64,000 nucleotides of DNA, from the NCBI GenBank assembly GCA_045616665.1, contig JAZLHE010000036.1, forward strand, positions 1,011 to 65,010, read 5' to 3'. The notes under the pieces were generated by a model, which ran no database searches, was not told the origin of the DNA, and saw only the letters and a program-made list of their open reading frames with translations. Each line of letters opens with the position of its first letter. The first letter of the stretch is position 1. This DNA is from Bacteroidales bacterium (GTDB lineage: Bacteria > Bacteroidota > Bacteroidia > Bacteroidales > WCHB1-69). Positions 15,700-26,032 of this stretch are shown here, piece after piece. Position numbers and translations under genes: made by a program.

Positions 15700-16821
15700 A
15701 TGAAAACAAGGTTTCTCTTATTATTTTGTATGTCAATCATCTTTATAGGATGTAAAAAAGAAGCTACGCTACCTACAATAATCACAGGTCAGGTACAAAT
15801 TGGCACCTCGGGAAAATCTATGGTTTGTGAAGGATACTGTCAATCTGATGGAGGAAGCGCAGTCGTTGACCGCGGTATCTGTTATATTGAAGGTCAATCA
15901 ACACCCACAGTAGCCAACCATAGGGTAAGTGGTGGCAGTGGCATTGGAGCATTCAGCTGTGATCTTACAAACCTTACCGCTGGAACCACCTATACTTATT
16001 GTGCATACGCAACCAATTCTGTTGGGGTTGGATATGGTCAATCAGCTACATTTACATTTTACCCCAATAACACTGGCGGCGGACAAGGCGAAGGCGATGG
16101 CGGAGGCGGCACCGGCGGCGATGGCGGAGGCGGTACCGGAATCAATCAGGCACCCACTTGTAGCATAACCAACATCAGTAATGGCGATGAATTTATTTCG
16201 GGAAGTGCTTTTACTGTTGAGGTGGAAGCATCTGATCCGGACGGAAGTATCAGTACAATTCGTTTCTATATTGACGATGTGCCCATTGATAATCAAATTG
16301 GCAGCCACGCATCTTTTATCGTAAGTGCAGGACGGTTATCCCAAGGCATTCATACGCTGAAAGCCGTTGCCACCGATAACCAAGGCGAAATGGGTATCAC
16401 TGAAGTTATGATTAGCTATATTGTCAATTATATTAAACAAGGTGATAACATCACAAAATTAGTAAATGCCAATTGTGAAATCTACTATGATTACCAAGTA
16501 AGCCCATCCTTTTATTCATCAAGAGTGGTTCGTTTATATGCCGAAGACGGCTCTTTGTCTTTTTTCATTGTAAGTCGTACCTTGTCACAACTTACAACCA
16601 TTGATGATGGTGCTTGGACATACGACAACGGAGCATGGTCCTACTGCTACACCTGCTACTCATTATATTCCCTCTTCGGTAATGCGAATTACAATTCCAT
16701 GAGTTCATTCCAAGTTTCCCATAACGGTGCAGGATTTATTATCAACGCTAATATAAATAGTACAACCTCAGTCCATTACGAAGGATCTATCCCCATTACC
16801 ACCACCGTCAATTATAACTAA
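15700..16821 (+). CDS. Lipoprotein with Gly-rich linker and Ig-like domain, unknown function
   Basis: MKTRFLLLFCMSIIFIGC lipobox, GGGQGEGDGGGGTGGDGGGGTG linker, and APTCSITNISNGDEF..VEVEASDPDGSISTIRFYIDD, which resembles a bacterial Ig-like domain. Confidence 0.6.
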   Translation: MKTRFLLLFCMSIIFIGCKKEATLPTIITGQVQIGTSGKSMVCEGYCQSDGGSAVVDRGICYIEGQSTPTVANHRVSGGSGIGAFSCDLTNLTAGTTYTYCAYATNSVGVGYGQSATFTFYPNNTGGGQGEGDGGGGTGGDGGGGTGINQAPTCSITNISNGDEFISGSAFTVEVEASDPDGSISTIRFYIDDVPIDNQIGSHASFIVSAGRLSQGIHTLKAVATDNQGEMGITEVMISYIVNYIKQGDNITKLVNANCEIYYDYQVSPSFYSSRVVRLYAEDGSLSFFIVSRTLSQLTTIDDGAWTYDNGAWSYCYTCYSLYSLFGNANYNSMSSFQVSHNGAGFIINANINSTTSVHYEGSIPITTTVNYN

Positions 16822-16898
16822 CAAATAATAGGATATGTTTATTGGAATTGTTTCCTGTAATGTAGTTCGCAATTCCAACGTAATATCTTTCAAGTTAC

Positions 16899-16929
16899 CG
16901 AGGCGGCCTAATGGCCACCTCGTTTTTTT
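16899..16929 (+). terminator. Rho-independent terminator
   Basis: CGAGGCGGCC-TAAT-GGCCACCTCG followed by T7. Confidence 0.75.
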
Positions 16930-16974
16930 ATGGCAAAAATCCCATGAAATGTATTTTATGACTAAACTATTTAG

Positions 16975-16982
16975 TATCTTTG
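16975..16982 (+). promoter_or_regulatory. Putative -7 box (TATCTTTG) for the alpha-2-macroglobulin gene
   Basis: The ORF-track TTG start at 16980 lies inside the box, so ATG 17007 is preferred. Confidence 0.5.
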
Positions 16983-17006
16983 TCAGTCCATATAGAAAAA
17001 CATTGT

Positions 17007-20000
17007 ATGAAAAAAGTTTGTGCGTTAATTTTTTTGTCCATATTGTTGACTGTTTCATCATTTTCTCAGCAAAGTCCAAAAGAAATCCATCAACTATTGC
17101 AATCCTACGGAAAAATCATACAGCAATACGACAATGGATACGATTCGGTTTTTCTTGCTATCAATGAGCAAATTAAAAACTCACAAAATCAACCGGCCAA
17201 TCAAGCGGTTTGGCACAGTTGTATGGCTCAATTATTAAATTCCTATTATGAGCAAAATCGATATAAGATATTGGACCGCACCTCAATTGTGGGAGAAATC
17301 AATCCCGATTTCAACACCTGGGACTTGCAGACACTCGTTCAACAAATCGTATTTCACTATTTATCGTCCATTGAACAAGCGGAAATTTTACAAAACATTC
17401 CCATCACGGAATATTCCGCACTATTAGACACTCCTATTTCTACTGAATATCGTCCGACTTTATACGATTTTTTGGCATTTCGTGCCTTAGACTATCTTAA
17501 TAACACGATTTCTCAGTTACCCATTCCAACGAAACCATTCGATATCAACAATCCGGTTTATTGGGCAAGCAACAATGATTTTGTCCAAGCAAGCATTACC
17601 TCATCAGATTCATTGTCGTTTTCTTACCTTTCTTTAACTGTTATGCAGCAGCTTACTCGTTTTCACCTCCTCGACAAGGATAAACGAGCTTTATTAGACA
17701 TCACTTTACGGCGATACAATTACCTTAATTCTCTTGCGAATTTACCCGGGTCTTCCATTTTGACTTTGACTACCCTGAACCAATTAGAGCAAACTTATCG
17801 TGGTATGACAGGATACGAAATGATTACCAATGCTTTAGGTAATTACTACCAAAAACGTGGAGAACAATACGACAAGAACACACATCCGGAATACAAAGGC
17901 GACTGGGTTACCGCTGTTGATTGGTATCAAAAAACCATTGCCACTGCAGCAAAATCCATTGAAGCCAACCAGGCCCGTTTAGCCATAGAAAATATCAAAA
18001 AATCACACATAGAAATTGTAGCCAGTAGAATTCTTCCTGCACTGCAAGCCAACTTAATTACCCTGAACCATCAAAATTGTGAGCAGCTGTACCTTCGAAT
18101 CATACCCGTCACCAAAGAAGAAAATTCCCAATATTACCCTTCCAATGAAAAATATTTCGATTTGCTGGTGAAAAAGAAACCGGTTTTAGAAGAAACATTC
18201 ACTTTCCCCGACATCAATGACTATCGGACCCAAAGTGCGCACTATCAATTGCCTGCATTAAAGCCCGGCTATTATTTCATTTTAGTTTCCAACACTCCTT
18301 TTGTGGCTAAAAATGCCAAGGACTTTTGCATTTTCCAAATTTTTATCAGCAATATTAATGCCGAATATCGAATAGTGAGAGACCAACAAAAAATTGAATT
18401 TTTTGTCTTTGACCGGAAAACTGGAGCACCCCTGAGCAACGCAAAAATAAATATTGAAATCAACAACTCAACAAGAAATATCAAAACGACCACACTTAGC
18501 TGTGACCAGGATGGCAGATGCACTTTTCTTGCTTCGTCAAACATAAATAACCGCTACAAAGCTTCAGTTTTATGGGAAAATGAAGACTACCCCATATTTT
18601 CTTACAAATCTCTATATGCCCGCAACAACACACAAGAGCAGGCTCGCAACCACACCTATATTTTCACGGACAGAAACCTGTACAGACCAGGTCAAACCAT
18701 TTATTTTAAAGGTATTGTCATCAATAAAAAAACGAAAGACGGAAATACCATTGAGCAGCAAGTCGTTAAAGATCAAAATATCACCATTAATCTATGGGAT
18801 GAAAACAACCAAATGGTGGCCGAAATAAAAGACTTAAAAACCAATGAATTCGGTTCATTTTCTGGTCATTTCGTTTTACCTAACACCACTTTAACCGGAG
18901 AATACCACTTATCGGTAGGAAAAGACAGAGAATATTTCGCAGTGGAAGAATACAAAAGGCCTACTTTTGAAATCACATTTGACAAAGCCGCAAATGAATT
19001 CAAACTGGGTGACAGTGTTAACATCGAAGGCAAGGTGAAAGCATACGCCGGTTATGGACTTGACCAAGCCTCTGTCAAATACCATATAATTAAACACACT
19101 TCGTTTCCTTGGAGATATTTTTGGTATATGCCCACCCCTCAGCACCAGGAAATTGCACAAGGAGAAACATTCACCGATGCGGAAGGCCAATTCAAAATCA
19201 ACTTTTTTGCCGCACCAGACTTAGAAAATCAACATTTTAATCCGCTGTATCAATTTATAATTATGGTTGATGTCACCGACATTACAGGAGAAACACACTT
19301 CGCATCAACCGCGATTAACATCAGCAAAATCGGTTTATTCATCCAAGCTCAAATTCCAGAGCAACTTGACAAATATGACACTTCGGACTTTGCGGTCAAC
19401 TTAACCAACTTGGCTGGAGAACCCCAAAAAGGAACTATCCATTATCAAATATCAAAATTAAGAACTCCTGAGTGTTACCGTTACACTTGCCCGACGGCTG
19501 ACCACTATTTGTCGGATTCGGTCGCTTTACAAAAAGCATTGCCCTATCTTGATTTTAACAACGAAAGTGAAAAACAAAATTGGAAAGTCATAAAAATCGT
19601 TCAAGAAGGCGATTTTATGGCTGATGGCACGCATCGTTTTTCCATTGACCAGCTTTCCCGCTATGAAGACGGCTATTATAAAATTCACTTCAGCACGTAT
19701 GATAAAGACCATAATGAAATCACGGAAGACAAATATGTATTCATTGATGCCGAAAACAGCAAAAAATGCATGGCATACGAACCTGTATATTTGCGAAGCA
19801 AACACAAAAACATAGCGGAAATAGGAGAAACTATATCTGTGGTTTTGGGAACTTATTTGAAAAATGCCAAAGTGCTGTTTGAAATTTTCTCTAATGACAG
19901 TTTAATTGAATCCAAGTGGATAAATTTAGATCGGGAAAATGCCTATTTCAACTATAAAGTGACAGAACACGACCTCGGCACAATTATTTTTCATGCTTTT

Positions 20001-22916
20001 GTCGCTCAAAACAACAATCAATACGAAAAAAGTCTAAAATTTACCGTTCCCTACAGTCATCAAAAAATTGATTTTGACTTTATCACTTTTCGCGATAAAA
20101 CCACCCCTGGAAGTCAAGAACAATATCAAATTCGCCTAAAAAACAAGAATGGGGATAAAGTTGCCGCCGAATTGCTTTGTACGATGTACGATGCTTCTTT
20201 GGATGAGCTCTTCGACTCGCATTCGCTCAACAAAATGATTAATCAATGGGACAAACGAACTTATCCATATTCTTTCTCTGACGACCAAATATATTACGCC
20301 CATTCATTTTTCCATTCTTTTGCCGACAAAAAGCCTTCTTCTAATACCATTCGGCAATATCCAATGTTACGATGGGAAATCAACAATTACAAAAATAGAA
20401 GGTTACTTCAAAGATGTTATGCCGCAGCACCAGCAATGGGAGCGAACCTGAGTATGGATATGGCTGTTGAAGAAGCAAGTGACGAAATTCCTGCCTGCGT
20501 TTTTCTGACAGAGGAAATTACAGAATTGCCTTTGACTGATGGTCAACAGGATAATGAAACTATTTCTCAAGAATCGGATAAAATTTCAGGAAAGATTATT
20601 CGCAGCAATTTCAACGAAACCGCTTTCTTTTATCCGCATTTGCAAACCGATACAGAAGGCAATGTACTCATTTCCTTTACCATGCCAGATGCGCTAACTC
20701 GATGGAAATTACAAGGTTTTGCCCATAATGCGGAATTAATGAGCGGCTATTTCGAGAAAATCGTCACTACGCAGAAGCCATTGATGGTGGTGCCCAATAT
20801 GCCGCGATTTTTCAGGGAAGGTGACACGTTGGTTTTATCTGCCAAAATAGTCAATATGGATAGCGTGAAGCAAAGTGGCACGGCCAAAATTACTTTTACA
20901 AATCCTTTGGACGAGCAAAAAATAGAATTGACACCATCGGGTTGCGAGCAGACCTTTTCAGTCGAGCCCGGACAAAGTCAGGAGATGCATTACACTATTG
21001 TGGTGCCATTTGGTCTGGGAGCCGTTACCTATCGCATCGAAGCAAAGAACAATCAAATGCCCTCATTTGCAGATGGCGAGGAAAACACCATTCCAGTGCT
21101 TACCAATCGAATATTGGTAACAGAAAGTTTGCCGCTGCATATTTCGGGAAAAGGAAATAAATCATTCAATTTCAACAAATTACAAAACAGTTTATCGCAA
21201 TCTGACCGCACTTTAACCACGCAATCGCTAACCTTGGAATTCACGCCCAATCCAATTTGGTATGCCATTCAGTCTATGCCTTATTTGATGGAGTATCCGT
21301 ACGAATGCAACGAACAGGTTTTCAGTCGCTACTATGCCAACAGCTTGGCTGCCAACATCATCAACAAACATCCCAAAATCAAAATGGCATTTGATAGCTG
21401 GTTGCATCAGGACATTGATGCGTTTTGTTCGCAATTAGATAAAAATCAAGAACTTAAATCAGTAATTTTACAAGAAACACCTTGGGTTTTGGATGCGCAA
21501 AACGAAAACGTAAGCAAGCAAAACATCGCCCTGCTTTTTGATTTCAACCGAATGGCCAAAGAAGAAAAATCTGCCATTGACAAATTGGAAAAAGCGCAAA
21601 ACAGCGACGGCGGCTGGTCTTGGTTTGCGGGCGGCGAAAGCAGTTCGTACATTACTGAACACATCGTGGCAGGCTGTGGTCATTTGCAGGCATTAGACGT
21701 CAAATATGGTTTGAGCGAGTCATCTATGAGCAAGGCCATCCGCTTTATAGATCAAAAGGCCAAGGAAAATTACGAAAAATGGTATAAAAAAGATAAGGCT
21801 AATTGTAATGTGACAGACATTCATTATCTCTATGCCAGAAGTTTCTTTACGCAGAAAATCAATGCTACCTGTGAAGAATCGTATAATTATTTCTATTCTA
21901 ATTTGAAGAAAAATTGGAAAAAGCAGTCTATTTATGGTCAGGCCATGACAGCGTTGATTTGCTACAGAAAAGGAGATCTCCAGTTGGCTTCAGACATTGT
22001 CGCGCAAATCAAGTCTATGGCCCAATATGATGAAGAAATGGGAATGTTTTGGAAAAAAGAAGGTTACGGCTATTTTTGGTATGAAGCGCCCATTGAACGT
22101 CAGGCAATGTTGATTGAGGCCTTTAATACGATTACAAAAGACCGGGCATCAGTGGAAAAAATGCAGTTGTGGCTACTTAAACAGAAGCAGACGCAAAACT
22201 GGCCTACCACCAAGTCCACCACCGAAGCAATTTATGCATTATTACTTAATAATACGCAATTAGAAACTGGAAACAGCGTGAAATTAAGCGTAGGAGATTG
22301 GCAATATACGGAAGGCGATGGCACAATGGCAGCAGAAGCTGGAAGCGGTTATGTGAAAAAGGTATGGAAAGGTGCTGAAGTGAATGCCGATATGGGTACT
22401 GTCAACATTGAAAAAAGCAGCGACGGTCCGGCCTGGGGTGGTTTGTACTGGCAATACTTGGAAAATATGGACAAAGTCAGTTCTTCGGATGACAAAAATC
22501 TGGTCATCAATAAAAAGTTATACAAAGTGGAATACAATGAAAGAGGGGAAATTCTAAAACCAATCACTGAAGATTCGCCGATCAAGGTGGGGGACAAAGT
22601 GAGGGTTCGCACCGAAATCAGGAGTGACCGTGATATGGAATATGTACATCTGAAAGATATGCGGGCAGCGGCTTTTGAACCAGAAAATGTGCTTTCGCGA
22701 TACAAATATCAGGATGGATTATGGTATTACGAAGCGACCGGCGATGCCGCCACCAACTTCTTCATTGATTATCTGCCCAAAGGAACCTACGTTTTTGAAT
22801 ACACACTGATTGCGACGATGTCGGGAACATACAGCAACGGAATTACTACGATTCAATGTATGTACGCGCCTGAATTTACTTCGCATAGCGAAGGAGGAAG
22901 AGTGAAAATAAGGTAA
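17007..22916 (+). CDS. Bacterial alpha-2-macroglobulin family protein with thioester motif
   Basis: About 1970 aa. Signal peptide MKKVCALIFLSILLTVSSFSQQ. CxEQ thioester motif in YPYECNEQVF (CNEQ at 21306-21317). The macroglobulin-like and thioester-domain regions have the length typical of the family. Confidence 0.85.
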   Translation: MKKVCALIFLSILLTVSSFSQQSPKEIHQLLQSYGKIIQQYDNGYDSVFLAINEQIKNSQNQPANQAVWHSCMAQLLNSYYEQNRYKILDRTSIVGEINPDFNTWDLQTLVQQIVFHYLSSIEQAEILQNIPITEYSALLDTPISTEYRPTLYDFLAFRALDYLNNTISQLPIPTKPFDINNPVYWASNNDFVQASITSSDSLSFSYLSLTVMQQLTRFHLLDKDKRALLDITLRRYNYLNSLANLPGSSILTLTTLNQLEQTYRGMTGYEMITNALGNYYQKRGEQYDKNTHPEYKGDWVTAVDWYQKTIATAAKSIEANQARLAIENIKKSHIEIVASRILPALQANLITLNHQNCEQLYLRIIPVTKEENSQYYPSNEKYFDLLVKKKPVLEETFTFPDINDYRTQSAHYQLPALKPGYYFILVSNTPFVAKNAKDFCIFQIFISNINAEYRIVRDQQKIEFFVFDRKTGAPLSNAKINIEINNSTRNIKTTTLSCDQDGRCTFLASSNINNRYKASVLWENEDYPIFSYKSLYARNNTQEQARNHTYIFTDRNLYRPGQTIYFKGIVINKKTKDGNTIEQQVVKDQNITINLWDENNQMVAEIKDLKTNEFGSFSGHFVLPNTTLTGEYHLSVGKDREYFAVEEYKRPTFEITFDKAANEFKLGDSVNIEGKVKAYAGYGLDQASVKYHIIKHTSFPWRYFWYMPTPQHQEIAQGETFTDAEGQFKINFFAAPDLENQHFNPLYQFIIMVDVTDITGETHFASTAINISKIGLFIQAQIPEQLDKYDTSDFAVNLTNLAGEPQKGTIHYQISKLRTPECYRYTCPTADHYLSDSVALQKALPYLDFNNESEKQNWKVIKIVQEGDFMADGTHRFSIDQLSRYEDGYYKIHFSTYDKDHNEITEDKYVFIDAENSKKCMAYEPVYLRSKHKNIAEIGETISVVLGTYLKNAKVLFEIFSNDSLIESKWINLDRENAYFNYKVTEHDLGTIIFHAFVAQNNNQYEKSLKFTVPYSHQKIDFDFITFRDKTTPGSQEQYQIRLKNKNGDKVAAELLCTMYDASLDELFDSHSLNKMINQWDKRTYPYSFSDDQIYYAHSFFHSFADKKPSSNTIRQYPMLRWEINNYKNRRLLQRCYAAAPAMGANLSMDMAVEEASDEIPACVFLTEEITELPLTDGQQDNETISQESDKISGKIIRSNFNETAFFYPHLQTDTEGNVLISFTMPDALTRWKLQGFAHNAELMSGYFEKIVTTQKPLMVVPNMPRFFREGDTLVLSAKIVNMDSVKQSGTAKITFTNPLDEQKIELTPSGCEQTFSVEPGQSQEMHYTIVVPFGLGAVTYRIEAKNNQMPSFADGEENTIPVLTNRILVTESLPLHISGKGNKSFNFNKLQNSLSQSDRTLTTQSLTLEFTPNPIWYAIQSMPYLMEYPYECNEQVFSRYYANSLAANIINKHPKIKMAFDSWLHQDIDAFCSQLDKNQELKSVILQETPWVLDAQNENVSKQNIALLFDFNRMAKEEKSAIDKLEKAQNSDGGWSWFAGGESSSYITEHIVAGCGHLQALDVKYGLSESSMSKAIRFIDQKAKENYEKWYKKDKANCNVTDIHYLYARSFFTQKINATCEESYNYFYSNLKKNWKKQSIYGQAMTALICYRKGDLQLASDIVAQIKSMAQYDEEMGMFWKKEGYGYFWYEAPIERQAMLIEAFNTITKDRASVEKMQLWLLKQKQTQNWPTTKSTTEAIYALLLNNTQLETGNSVKLSVGDWQYTEGDGTMAAEAGSGYVKKVWKGAEVNADMGTVNIEKSSDGPAWGGLYWQYLENMDKVSSSDDKNLVINKKLYKVEYNERGEILKPITEDSPIKVGDKVRVRTEIRSDRDMEYVHLKDMRAAAFEPENVLSRYKYQDGLWYYEATGDAATNFFIDYLPKGTYVFEYTLIATMSGTYSNGITTIQCMYAPEFTSHSEGGRVKIR

Positions 22917-22957
22917 AAAGATTAAATAGAAAGTAGGTCCTGTATTAATTTTTGTTT

Positions 22958-22965
22958 TATTTTTG
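22958..22965 (+). promoter_or_regulatory. Putative -7 box (TATTTTTG) for the methyltransferase/endonuclease operon
   Basis: Matches TAnnTTTG, about 85 nt upstream of ATG 23052. A small imperfect palindrome (CAATACTTTTGTTCGAGTATTTG, about 22990-23012) lies between the two. Confidence 0.4.
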
Positions 22966-23051
22966 CACACAATACGTTAGTTGTATGTTTCAATACTTTT
23001 GTTCGAGTATTTGAACTGATATTATTGGTAAGGCAGGAGGATTATCATAAA

Positions 23052-24188
23052 ATGGATAAATATAAATTTACAAATGTACAAGATGAAAAAATGTCTATAA
23101 TTACTCATTATAGGCATACTAAAGGTACATCATTCGCAAAAATCTTTGCAGCAGAAGCTTGCGCATTGCTGCCTAAAAAAGAAAAAAACCACATTGATAA
23201 AGTTTGTGAACCTGAATTTCAATATGGTTTATTTGATGATGAAAATATTCCATTTCCCTCTCCCAAAAATCCAAAATTTACATTTATCGATTTATTTGCA
23301 GGAATAGGAGGATTCCGTATTGCATGCCAAGCAATAGGAGGACAATGTGTTTACTCTTCCGAATGGGATACTGAAGCTAAAAAAACTTACTTTGCCAATT
23401 TCGGTGATGTACCTTTCGGAGACATTACAAAACCAAGAACCAAACAATTCATTCCTTCTGGATTTGATATACTTTGTGCAGGTTTTCCTTGTCAAGCTTT
23501 TTCTATTATGGGTAAAATGAAGGGTTTTGCGGATATTCGTGGAACTATGTTTTTTGAAGTTCAAAATATTTTGCAACAACATAATCCGCCTGTAATATTT
23601 TTAGAAAATGTGAAACAATTGGTTAGTCATGATAGTGGTCGAACATTTAAAACAATCCTCAATATATTAGAGAATCTTGGCTACCATGTAAAATGGAAAA
23701 TTTTGAATGCGTTAGATTTTGGTGTTCCACAAAAGCGGGAGCGTGTTATTATCGTTGGTTTTAAAGACATTAGTAAATCTGAAGCGTTTAATTTTGAATT
23801 TCCCCCAAAAATCTACAATCTTAATAGTGTATTGGAGCCAGATTCCATGGTTGATGCTTCACTTTTTGCATCTGAAACAATAAGAATGAAACGAGAAGAA
23901 AAAACAATAGGTAAGCATATATTTTATCCATCAATGTGGCATGAAAATAAGTCTGGTAATATTTCAATTCTCGATTATGCTTGTGCCCTTAGAACAGGAG
24001 CGTCGTACAATTATCAGTTAGTGAATGGGTATCGCAGACCTTCATCACGAGAACTATTGCGATTTCAAGGTTTTCCTGACACATATAAGATTGTTGTATC
24101 TCATCAAGAAATTAGAAAACAAACAGGCAACTCTGTAGCTATCCCCATGATACATTCAGTTGCAAAAAAAATATATGAAGTATTATGA
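23052..24188 (+). CDS. DNA (cytosine-5)-methyltransferase (type II)
   Basis: Motif I FIDLFAGIGGF, motif IV GFPCQAFS, motif VI FLENVKQL, motif VIII QKRERVIIVGF, motif X GNSVAIPM. The start is uncertain (TTG 23025 or ATG 23052). Confidence 0.9.
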   Translation: MDKYKFTNVQDEKMSIITHYRHTKGTSFAKIFAAEACALLPKKEKNHIDKVCEPEFQYGLFDDENIPFPSPKNPKFTFIDLFAGIGGFRIACQAIGGQCVYSSEWDTEAKKTYFANFGDVPFGDITKPRTKQFIPSGFDILCAGFPCQAFSIMGKMKGFADIRGTMFFEVQNILQQHNPPVIFLENVKQLVSHDSGRTFKTILNILENLGYHVKWKILNALDFGVPQKRERVIIVGFKDISKSEAFNFEFPPKIYNLNSVLEPDSMVDASLFASETIRMKREEKTIGKHIFYPSMWHENKSGNISILDYACALRTGASYNYQLVNGYRRPSSRELLRFQGFPDTYKIVVSHQEIRKQTGNSVAIPMIHSVAKKIYEVL

Positions 24189-24916
24189 TACACCCAAAAT
24201 TACGAGATTCTCAAAAAAATGTTGACTCCATTTATGAAGTTAACATTTTCCCCAAAAACATTATTCAAAGGATAGGCGCGCATATTGTTTACTTAATGTA
24301 TTCAGGTCGACGCGATATTACCGGGGATGATTGGGGGGATATTTTTGCCGAAACAATTAAAGGCACTCATTTTGCGAGTCCAATTGGTATTGCCGATGTG
24401 GCATTTGAAAAAACTGGATGGTCAATGAAAACAGTCAAACATACTCATCCATTCAATTGTACCAATGTTCGTTTAATTAGTGGAAGATGTTCCCCAGATT
24501 ATTCATTTGGAATTACAGACCCGCATACTGACATTCAAAAAACAGGACAAGCCGTTTTAGCAGTACGGAATGAGCGTATTAATATAGCTTACGAAGAATA
24601 TAATTCCGTTAGAGTGAATGTACTTGTCAGAAATGATGACTTAACCGAATTTCGAATGTTTGAAGAATATATTGAACGATACAAAACCAACGATTATATA
24701 TGGAAAGAAAATAAAAATGGTAATTTATTAGGGATAAATAAGCATTCTGGACAGACCTGCTTCACCTGGCAACCCCATGGAGCGCAATTCACCATCCACA
24801 CTAATGTGCCTGAAGATGCTATTAAATTTAAGGTTAAGCGACCTCCCATAGTGTCGATGGACTCTGTTTTGCAAAGCATTAATTTTGATAATTCTTGGAT
24901 ACAAATTATTGAATAA
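24185..24916 (+). CDS. Putative type II restriction endonuclease partner
   Basis: 4-nt ATGA overlap with the methyltransferase gene, same strand, AT-rich. I recognised no family, so the call rests on context. Confidence 0.45.
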   Translation: MIHPKLRDSQKNVDSIYEVNIFPKNIIQRIGAHIVYLMYSGRRDITGDDWGDIFAETIKGTHFASPIGIADVAFEKTGWSMKTVKHTHPFNCTNVRLISGRCSPDYSFGITDPHTDIQKTGQAVLAVRNERINIAYEEYNSVRVNVLVRNDDLTEFRMFEEYIERYKTNDYIWKENKNGNLLGINKHSGQTCFTWQPHGAQFTIHTNVPEDAIKFKVKRPPIVSMDSVLQSINFDNSWIQIIE

Positions 24917-25047
24917 TTTTTGACACTTAAAAATTATACGATGTTTATTTCAGACAAAAATTTTTAAAAACCATTTAATTTTCATAATGACCAACAAAAT
25001 TATGTATCTTTGCAATCGTAATTAATTTGTCTAAAAAATCGCTTTTT

Positions 25048-26019
25048 ATGAAAAAAATCACTTTTATTTTAACTTTGGCGGTTTTATGCCTTTGCGTTTC
25101 CTGCAAAAAAGAAAAAGTCACGCCCGACAACAATCAGCAACAGCAAGAAGAACCAACACCAATTCCAACCCCAACGGATGAAGGTGCTCTTAACGGTATA
25201 TTTTCTATTGGCGCAGACAAACAAGTAAAATTTTCCAAGGGGAATTTACAATATCAAGCCACAACCAAAACCTGGCGTTTTGCAGAAAGGCAGTACGACT
25301 ATATCGGAGCCATTAATGCCAACTCATCCGCGACTTACGCCGGCTGGATTGACCTTTTTGGTTGGGCCACGAGTGGTTGGAACTGCGGAAACACCTACTA
25401 TATGCCTTACGAACGCGATTATGTGGATGATTATGATCTTGGAATGGGATATGGTCCGCTTCCTGCCGGACAGCGTGATTTATGCGGAGAGTTTGCCAAT
25501 TGTGATTGGGGTGTCTATAACGCGATTTCCAATGGCGGCAATAAGGCCGGTTTATGGCGCACAATGACCAAACAAGAATGGTATTATCTTCTTAAATATC
25601 GTCAAAATGCTGCACAAAAGTATGGCATTGCCTGTATTGATGGCAATAACGGATTAGTGGTTCTTCCCGACAATTGGACTCTTCCCGAAGGATGTACTTT
25701 CAATTATGGTTTAGGCGAAGGTGACGGAATGGAATTTTATGCGCAGAAAAATTATTATTCAACAACGGACTGGGCCAAGATGGAAGCCAATGGGGCACTT
25801 TTCCTTCCTGCCGGTGGCGGATATCACGGTGATTATAGAGAAGTTACCTACCCTGGTGAAGTAGGACGCTATTGGACTATCAACTGCGTTACAGAAGAGG
25901 GTTGGGACACCTGGTGCGTTTACGCTATGTATTTTGACAGTATCTATATGAGTCCAGCCGATATGAACAGCCCTCGTTTTTATGGTCGTTCGGTCCGCTT
26001 GGTGAAAGATATTCAATAA
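25048..26019 (+). CDS. Lipoprotein, unknown function (C-terminal region resembles FISUMP/DUF1566-type lectin-like domains)
   Basis: MKKITFILTLAVLCLCVSC lipobox. FSKGNLQYQA, WIDLFGWATSGW and the C-terminal FYGRSVRLVKD resemble those families by eye only. A -7 box, TATCTTTG, lies upstream. Confidence 0.5.
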   Translation: MKKITFILTLAVLCLCVSCKKEKVTPDNNQQQQEEPTPIPTPTDEGALNGIFSIGADKQVKFSKGNLQYQATTKTWRFAERQYDYIGAINANSSATYAGWIDLFGWATSGWNCGNTYYMPYERDYVDDYDLGMGYGPLPAGQRDLCGEFANCDWGVYNAISNGGNKAGLWRTMTKQEWYYLLKYRQNAAQKYGIACIDGNNGLVVLPDNWTLPEGCTFNYGLGEGDGMEFYAQKNYYSTTDWAKMEANGALFLPAGGGYHGDYREVTYPGEVGRYWTINCVTEEGWDTWCVYAMYFDSIYMSPADMNSPRFYGRSVRLVKDIQ

Positions 26020-26032
26020 AATACTTTCCATT

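Noticed and set aside
15401-15785. ORFs 15401-15619(-) and 15537-15785(-) inside the intergenic repeat, and likewise 43926-44132(+) over copy 2
   Set aside because: The two repeat copies differ by indels that are not multiples of three, so no reading frame is conserved between them. The translated sequences are low-complexity and Lys/Phe/Ile-rich, typical of AT-rich non-coding DNA.
16076-16140. GC-rich near-tandem repeat GGCGATGGCGGAGGCGG(C/T)ACCGG in the lipoprotein gene
   Set aside because: It simply encodes a Gly/Asp-rich interdomain linker (GDGGGGTG, two copies). It is low-complexity coding sequence with no independent signal.
18272-22705. Numerous 60-120 aa antisense or off-frame ORFs within the alpha-2-macroglobulin gene, and similar ones inside murF/alr, ftsZ, ftsA, the LTD gene and others
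   Set aside because: They are fully embedded in long, well-supported genes, lack promoters or recognisable motifs, and have compositions typical of frame-shifted translation.
25048-26019. Possibility that the lectin-like lipoprotein is a diversity-generating retroelement target
   Set aside because: No reverse transcriptase, template repeat or adenine-specific variable/template pair is visible anywhere in the window.
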